DNA of 64,000 nt from Spirochaetia bacterium (lineage in GTDB: Bacteria > Spirochaetota > Spirochaetia > DSM-16054 > Sediminispirochaetaceae): the NCBI GenBank assembly GCA_034520965.1, contig JAXHMY010000001.1:192001-256000 (forward strand), in the 5' to 3' direction. Of this stretch, positions 58,537-64,000 are shown one piece after another. Positions within the stretch are counted from its first letter, which is position 1. Each line of letters starts with the position of its first letter. Both the position numbers and the translations under genes were made by a program. The notes beneath the pieces were generated by a model. It saw nothing but the letters and a program-made list of their open reading frames with translations, was not told the origin of the DNA and did not search any database.

Positions 58537-61260
58537 TCTGTGCTTCCCGCATGTACAGGACCGAGTTCAACCACTAAATGACAGGATTTTGGGGGTAGAT
58601 GTGCGGCCTGAATGAGTACACCGCTGCCTTCTCGACTGAACTCAACCTGTGTACCATCAACAGCAACGGATGTGATGCGGCCGGCCACTTCAGACGAAGC
58701 AGCAGACTTTCGGTACTCCACGTGTAGCGGATAGTTACGGAAGTAGGTGTTTACCTCAACTGTTCGATTAGTACCCCATTGCTGCGGTGTGAGTTGCGGT
58801 TCAAGCAGCAGATCGCCGTATTTCCCGCGTACACCAAACATTCGGGTGACAACGGTTAATAGATACCAGCTGGCGGAACCGGTGAGATATGCATACAGTC
58901 CGCGCCCGGCAGGGTCAAAATATTCGGGAATACCGGGATACATCCGTGAGGATGGAAAGTGCGATGCCGCTGAGAATATTGCTTTTAACGCCCGCCAGCC
59001 GGCCTCGGTTTTACCGCGTGCATACAATGCGTTGGCAAACATTACCGACATATGACTGAACATCGCACCGTTCTCTTTATGTCCATAGGCAAAACCGAAA
59101 CAGCGACCCAAATCAAGCTTAACTTCGTTAAAGTCGGTGTTCAGTCGATAGCCCCCGACAGATTCATCCCACAAATTGGTATCGACGGCGGATAGTATCC
59201 CTTTCAGCTGCTGTTCATCAGCGACATTCCCCAAAATCTGGAACACCTGGCCGGTAAGCGTCATGCACGTGGCGGAATCAAAATCTCCCTCTATCCCGGC
59301 GACCGCTGTTATCGTAATAGCCGTTAAACCATCCATAACCCTTGGAGGCATCTGATTCACCATGACCGCGCACATGAGCAATAATAGACTCACTTTTTTG
59401 TTTTAGGTCTGCGGCCAGTTTTTCGTGATTTAGATTGATAAACACACCGCTTGGGCCGTTTTTACAGGCCGAGAAAAACCGCTGCAGCACATCATTCTTT
59501 GCTTTAGGATTACTGTAGTCAATATCCGACGCGGTGTAGTGATCGAGCAGCATCAGTAGTTCTTGAGCCACTACAATCGGCCGCTGTGTTGACTTGGCAA
59601 CTTTCAACACAGCATCAGCCAGCCATTGGAGGTTTGAGGCATACAAACCGGTAAAGGCAACACTCTCTCCCCCCTCGGCAGCCATATCCAACCCATCGTT
59701 CCAGTCCCCACCTTCCAGGCGAATAGAATTGTGAGATCCAACGTGAAAAAATGCCGACAGCTGCTGTAGAAGCAGGTGTTCCAGCACGCTGCCGAATACA
59801 ACCTCTCCATTCTGATTGTACAATGTTGTACTGTCGGAATGGTCCTGTTGGATTTTTTGCTGAGCCCGTGCCCATTGGGGATCGGAAAAATACTCCTGTG
59901 ACTCGAAAAGAAATGATAGATCGCCGGTTTGGTCTATATACAACTGAATAGTCAGCAGCGGCCAGGCGCCATGATCCATCCAGACTCGCGAAATATTATT
60001 TCTGTCGGCAATAAATTCACCGGGCCGAGTTCCGATGATAGTGGCATTGGTTCCATCAAACCGAACACCCGCCAGATTCTGCAGCAGAGTCTCACGAACC
60101 GATTCAGGCTCCATGAGCAATAATGCAAGACAATCCTGCCAAAGATCGCGCCACCCTCGACCGCCTCGTCCATAATCATGATGGGGTAGAAATGAACAGC
60201 CGTAGATGCGCCGCAGAATCGGCTGCAGTGATACCCAGCGCATCCAGGAATCAAAATCAGGGTCGGCAGTTGTACATGCTACTGTATTCAGTTTCCCGTG
60301 CCAAAAGGTACGGTTGTTCTGCAATGCGGTCTCAAATTTTTCTGCCCCGCCATAGGCGTTTAGAGCGGCACTGGCAGTCGACTGGTCGGGGAAAATGCCG
60401 GCTACTATATAGATCTCATGTGTGCCGCCGGGCGGAATCTCTGCCGGTGCAAATTGAAGCGCTCCAACCGCTTCACTCCCGTGAACCACAGCTCCTGATT
60501 GCAATAGATTTTTTCCGGCATATTCATCATCATAGATTACCCGGGGACGCTCGGCATCTCCGCCCTCACCGATAAATACATCGAGATCAGGATAGCAGCC
60601 GACAGGAGTGCTTGGCCGGCTGTCGGCACCTAACACCGCATATACGGTGGTGTTACGGACATGTCCCCGCTCATCAAAACTCATTGTCGGAGTCAGATAC
60701 ACCCCGTTAGTGCCTACCTCAGTTACATTCAGCAATGATGTTACATGACGATGATCGCGCAAGGAATCAGCGGATCGCCCGTACATGGGTATAACCACTG
60801 TAGGAACAACGCGAACCGGCTGTTCACCGGCGTTGCGCACAAGCAGGCGGGTTACCTCGGCATGTACGTCATCTATCGGGACAAAGGTTGTCATTTCTGC
60901 CGACAGTTGTGCCTCGGCGTTCTCTCGCAGGATAGTGTGCCACAAAGGCCCGGCCTTCACACCTTGAGTCTCCGCGTTGTGCGTCTTTTGCTCATGCGAT
61001 CCTCCGGTTACAGACCACACCTGCCCATTTTCAATCTTCAGCCAGGCGGTTCGGGTCAATCTGGTATTGTGCAGATCTACCACCGAGACCGGGGGCATTA
61101 AAAAATGATTCTGATCGATCTTGGCATCGCCCCCGCCTCGCGGGGTAATGGAGGCCATGTACCCTGCCTCATTGGCAAGCGGAAAATACAAGCCGCTTGT
61201 ACTGCCGGCATCTTTCAGATAAAAATCTCCCCGTTTATTCAGGTATTCACACATAGACAT
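58533..61260 (-). CDS. GH94 glycoside phosphorylase, laminaribiose-phosphorylase-like (frameshift near 59295)
   Basis: 'YGRSAD.LRDHRHVTSL', 'RRIYGCSFLPHHDYGRGGRGWRDLWQD', catalytic 'DWNDGLD', 'AYGHKENGAMFSHM', 'YLTGSASW'. Confidence 0.85.
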
Positions 61261-61279
61261 AAAATTAATCTTCCTTACT

Positions 61280-64000
61280 TTAATTCGACATGATGACATA
61301 AAGGCTTTCAATTTGCCCGTCGCGAACCATCTCTGCATAGGGCGAAGGAATCCTTCCACCGGTAAATTCTACAGCCTCGGCCGCCCCACGTGTGCGAACT
61401 GTGATATGCCTCAGCTGAACATCACCGCCCGGCACGACATCCTTGTCGGTTTTATTAACGTACGTGACCCTTGTTCCGTGAAAGAAGGTACAGGCAACTT
61501 TACCGGATTCGTTAAACAAACTGTGCGGCAAACAGGGGGACAGAACCAACTCAAGTTTGCCGTCAACCAACTGAAACGGTGTTTTGCCGAAGAACAAAAT
61601 TATCCACATGCTGATAAACTCGGCAGTTGAGCCGGATAAACGAGCAACAAAACCACGTCCATGGAGGGATTCATCGGGGTGGGCGCTGGAAACAATAAAG
61701 CTGGAATTTTCAAATATACTGCGCCCGTATACAGTCGGATCCATAAACGGAACCAGCATGGTATCGGCGAGCTGCCAGAATTCCTGGTATTTCCCGGATC
61801 GCAACAGTGCAAGCAAATACTTATACTCCATATGCAACCAGATAGATCCGTTTTCAAGCCATCCGGGCGTAAAGGCGCGGGCGCGGCCGATCTCGTGCGA
61901 CTCATCGGATAAAGATTCGTTAACCCGCAGCATGCCCAGTTTTTTATCATACAGCTCACTCTGCATGACCGTGGCGTGGATATTATCCCGTTCGTCGGAA
62001 TCAAGTTCATTCGAAAGAGCCCGTACAAAGCCTTCAAGAAAGAGAGGCAGGGGACGGAGGCTGAATTGAATTTCTCCGGTCCAGCTGCCGGTTTTGATAT
62101 AGGACTCGACGGCGGAAGCATCTGTCGGCTGAATAATCAGGTAGGTAGGATATACGCCATCGTTTTTATTCTTGCCGCGAAGCAGACCGTCTTTCACATC
62201 AGCTTCCATAGCATGCAGCAGCTTCAAAAGTTCAGCTCGTTCCAGAGTTTTCTGTTCACCGCTGAAACCGCAGCGTGTGGTTTCACGGTACTCTTCACGA
62301 TAGGTGGCCATGATATTCCATCGGTTGTGCAACTGAAGGTCAGAATCTACCGGATCACTCAGCACCATCTCAATGGCCCTGTACAGCTCGTATATCTCTA
62401 CCGCTATCGGATACCTGTTCACACCACCGGAAACAACCCCCAGCTCAATATTTCGAATCAGTCGTAGCAACTCCCATGCTTCCGGCAATGAAGAGCCCAG
62501 CAGTCCGGGCAAACCGTTTAATGCATCATACCAACCGGGCTTATCGGCTTCCATTTCCACGCCGATACCGTATGGATCGCGGGTGAGAAATTTGATCGCC
62601 GCAAGACCAAGCATTTTTTCCCCCAATGATGCAAAATAGGTAGTGCCATTGGGGGTGCTCATCCAAAAGTCATGTGAATCGACCTCTGCTTTTGGCTTCT
62701 GAACTGCATTATATTGCTGTATACCCTTGTCAGTAACCACCCATTTTTTTCTTCTGGGCTGAACAAAGTGTTCACTGCGATAGTAGGGGTAGATTCTCTG
62801 ATTCCAGAAAATTTCGAAGGTCCTTTCTGGAAATACAGCCATACAGTTCTCAAGCAGGTCATTGTTGTAAATCCAATGGTCAATCCAGAACCCTTCACCA
62901 TGAACCGCATGCACAATAGTCTCGGAAACACCAAGCACGGATCGGAAGAGATCCTGAACCTCCTCGCTTGTCACACACTCGTTTTCTATGGAGTGATACA
63001 GTTCACCGGGAGAGAAGTTTCCCCGATGTATCAGCGACATTGTTTTCGGCAAATCCTGCACCATCGACGACACTTTTACGTCGGCGGGAACCTGGTAGCC
63101 CCGCCCCTGCACTATAAGAGGGTTGTAGCCGTCGGTTTGAATAAGACTCATAAATTCCCAGAGATTCTCCAATCCGGCTTGGGGCACGAAGAAGACGTCC
63201 GAGCGACGATTCTGGTTCACATCGCGATAATTCCCCCAGCCCTGCGAGTAATATTCGGCAGGAATTACAAACCAGTTGTAGTCGCGCTCTAAATCTCCAT
63301 GCTTACGGGAATATACCGGTATATATACATCCCCTCCGAGAGTTTGTTCTATATGGGGGAATCCCCCTCGCAGCACATTGTCCAGAAAATTTTGCCGTGT
63401 ATAGGCGTCAAATTTTTGATTAGCAGTTTGTGTTTCACACACCCCGGTGATCCGTTCCAAAAGTGCCCGGTTTTGTTCATAGTAGGATTCGATGACGGCC
63501 GGACTTGAAAGTGTTTCCATAAATTCTTCCACAAGTCCTTGGGATGAAGCGGCTCCATAGAATTCCACCAAGGTACTGCTTTTGTTCGGCAGCAGCGTGA
63601 TCGCATCGGCAAAAAAAGCACAGGGAAGCTTGCCGTTTTCAATCTGTGTGCGATTAACCAACTCATCAATCGTCGTGTCACAAAAATGCACAGGTACATT
63701 CATAGCCTGCTGAGGTATGAATAGCAGGTCAGCATCATGCAGAACCTCTACCGGAACAAGCGATTTATTCTCGCGACGGTAGCCCAGCGCAAAGTTCAAA
63801 CGGGTTATTTCCTGCACATTGGCGCTGTCGGACATCGTAGCGGCAAGCTGGTACACAGCGGCATTGCTGCGTGTTCGACGGGCGGTCATCCAGGCCTGAG
63901 CTGTGGTTAGATTGTTTTTGAGTGCACCGTAATCAATTCCAGCGGGAATAAGCACTGAAAGCCCGTCGACTATCTCAAACGACAGCTTTCTGCCGGAAAT
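61280..64000 (-). CDS. Beta-1,3-glucan phosphorylase, GH161-like (5' end outside the window)
   Basis: Frame open to the window end (ISGRKLSFEIVDGL...); 'LDNVLRGG', 'YSRKHGDLERDYN', 'YYSQG.GNYRDVNQNRR', 'GFWIDHW.Y', 'KPGWYDALNGLPG', 'GWLEN.SIWLHMEYKY', 'RLSGST'. The GH161-over-GH149 call rests on recalled motifs. Confidence 0.75.
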   Translation of the reverse strand: MSGRKLSFEIVDGLSVLIPAGIDYGALKNNLTTAQAWMTARRTRSNAAVYQLAATMSDSANVQEITRLNFALGYRRENKSLVPVEVLHDADLLFIPQQAMNVPVHFCDTTIDELVNRTQIENGKLPCAFFADAITLLPNKSSTLVEFYGAASSQGLVEEFMETLSSPAVIESYYEQNRALLERITGVCETQTANQKFDAYTRQNFLDNVLRGGFPHIEQTLGGDVYIPVYSRKHGDLERDYNWFVIPAEYYSQGWGNYRDVNQNRRSDVFFVPQAGLENLWEFMSLIQTDGYNPLIVQGRGYQVPADVKVSSMVQDLPKTMSLIHRGNFSPGELYHSIENECVTSEEVQDLFRSVLGVSETIVHAVHGEGFWIDHWIYNNDLLENCMAVFPERTFEIFWNQRIYPYYRSEHFVQPRRKKWVVTDKGIQQYNAVQKPKAEVDSHDFWMSTPNGTTYFASLGEKMLGLAAIKFLTRDPYGIGVEMEADKPGWYDALNGLPGLLGSSLPEAWELLRLIRNIELGVVSGGVNRYPIAVEIYELYRAIEMVLSDPVDSDLQLHNRWNIMATYREEYRETTRCGFSGEQKTLERAELLKLLHAMEADVKDGLLRGKNKNDGVYPTYLIIQPTDASAVESYIKTGSWTGEIQFSLRPLPLFLEGFVRALSNELDSDERDNIHATVMQSELYDKKLGMLRVNESLSDESHEIGRARAFTPGWLENGSIWLHMEYKYLLALLRSGKYQEFWQLADTMLVPFMDPTVYGRSIFENSSFIVSSAHPDESLHGRGFVARLSGSTAEFISMWIILFFGKTPFQLVDGKLELVLSPCLPHSLFNESGKVACTFFHGTRVTYVNKTDKDVVPGGDVQLRHITVRTRGAAEAVEFTGGRIPSPYAEMVRDGQIESLYVIMSN

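Noticed and set aside
1..64000. CRISPR arrays, IS elements, prophage or defence genes, selenoprotein UGA read-through
   Set aside because: No regularly spaced repeats, transposase, phage or defence motifs were seen by eye. The split genes change frame rather than read through an in-frame UGA.

Overview
Chromosomal window from a free-living spirochaete (Spirochaetaceae-like). The assignment rests on flaA, a cheA-cheW(CheR-fused)-cheX-cheY operon, a spiro-SPASM protein and 'AGGQQE' periplasmic binding proteins. In order, the window holds: the 5' part of a V/A-type ATP synthase operon (G-C-I-K-F-E-A, minus strand); an amidohydrolase + BMP-type nucleoside/purine ABC transporter + MerR operon with a 19-bp-spacer MerR-type promoter; a 7TM-GGDEF protein; tRNA-Val(GAC); the chemotaxis operon; two predicted outer-membrane proteins; flaA; a closely packed run proA-proB-spiroSPASM-GT-SpsF-SpsG/methyltransferase-ATP-grasp-amidase-GerMN; an Fe/cobalamin-type ABC transporter; a purine block (adenine deaminase, two NCS2 permeases, XDH-family Mo and 2Fe-2S subunits); queD-folE2; an uncharacterised operon (ThDP decarboxylase + HisC-like aminotransferase + Opu-type ABC transporter + aldehyde dehydrogenase); and a ROK-associated phosphorolytic beta-1,3-glucan (laminarin) locus (GH161-like, GH94, cupin, GH30, CBM4-GH16). 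About eleven genes are broken by small frameshifts, most likely sequencing or assembly indels. No CRISPR array, IS, integrase, phage gene or rRNA was seen. All family assignments come from motif recognition by eye; no database searches were run.
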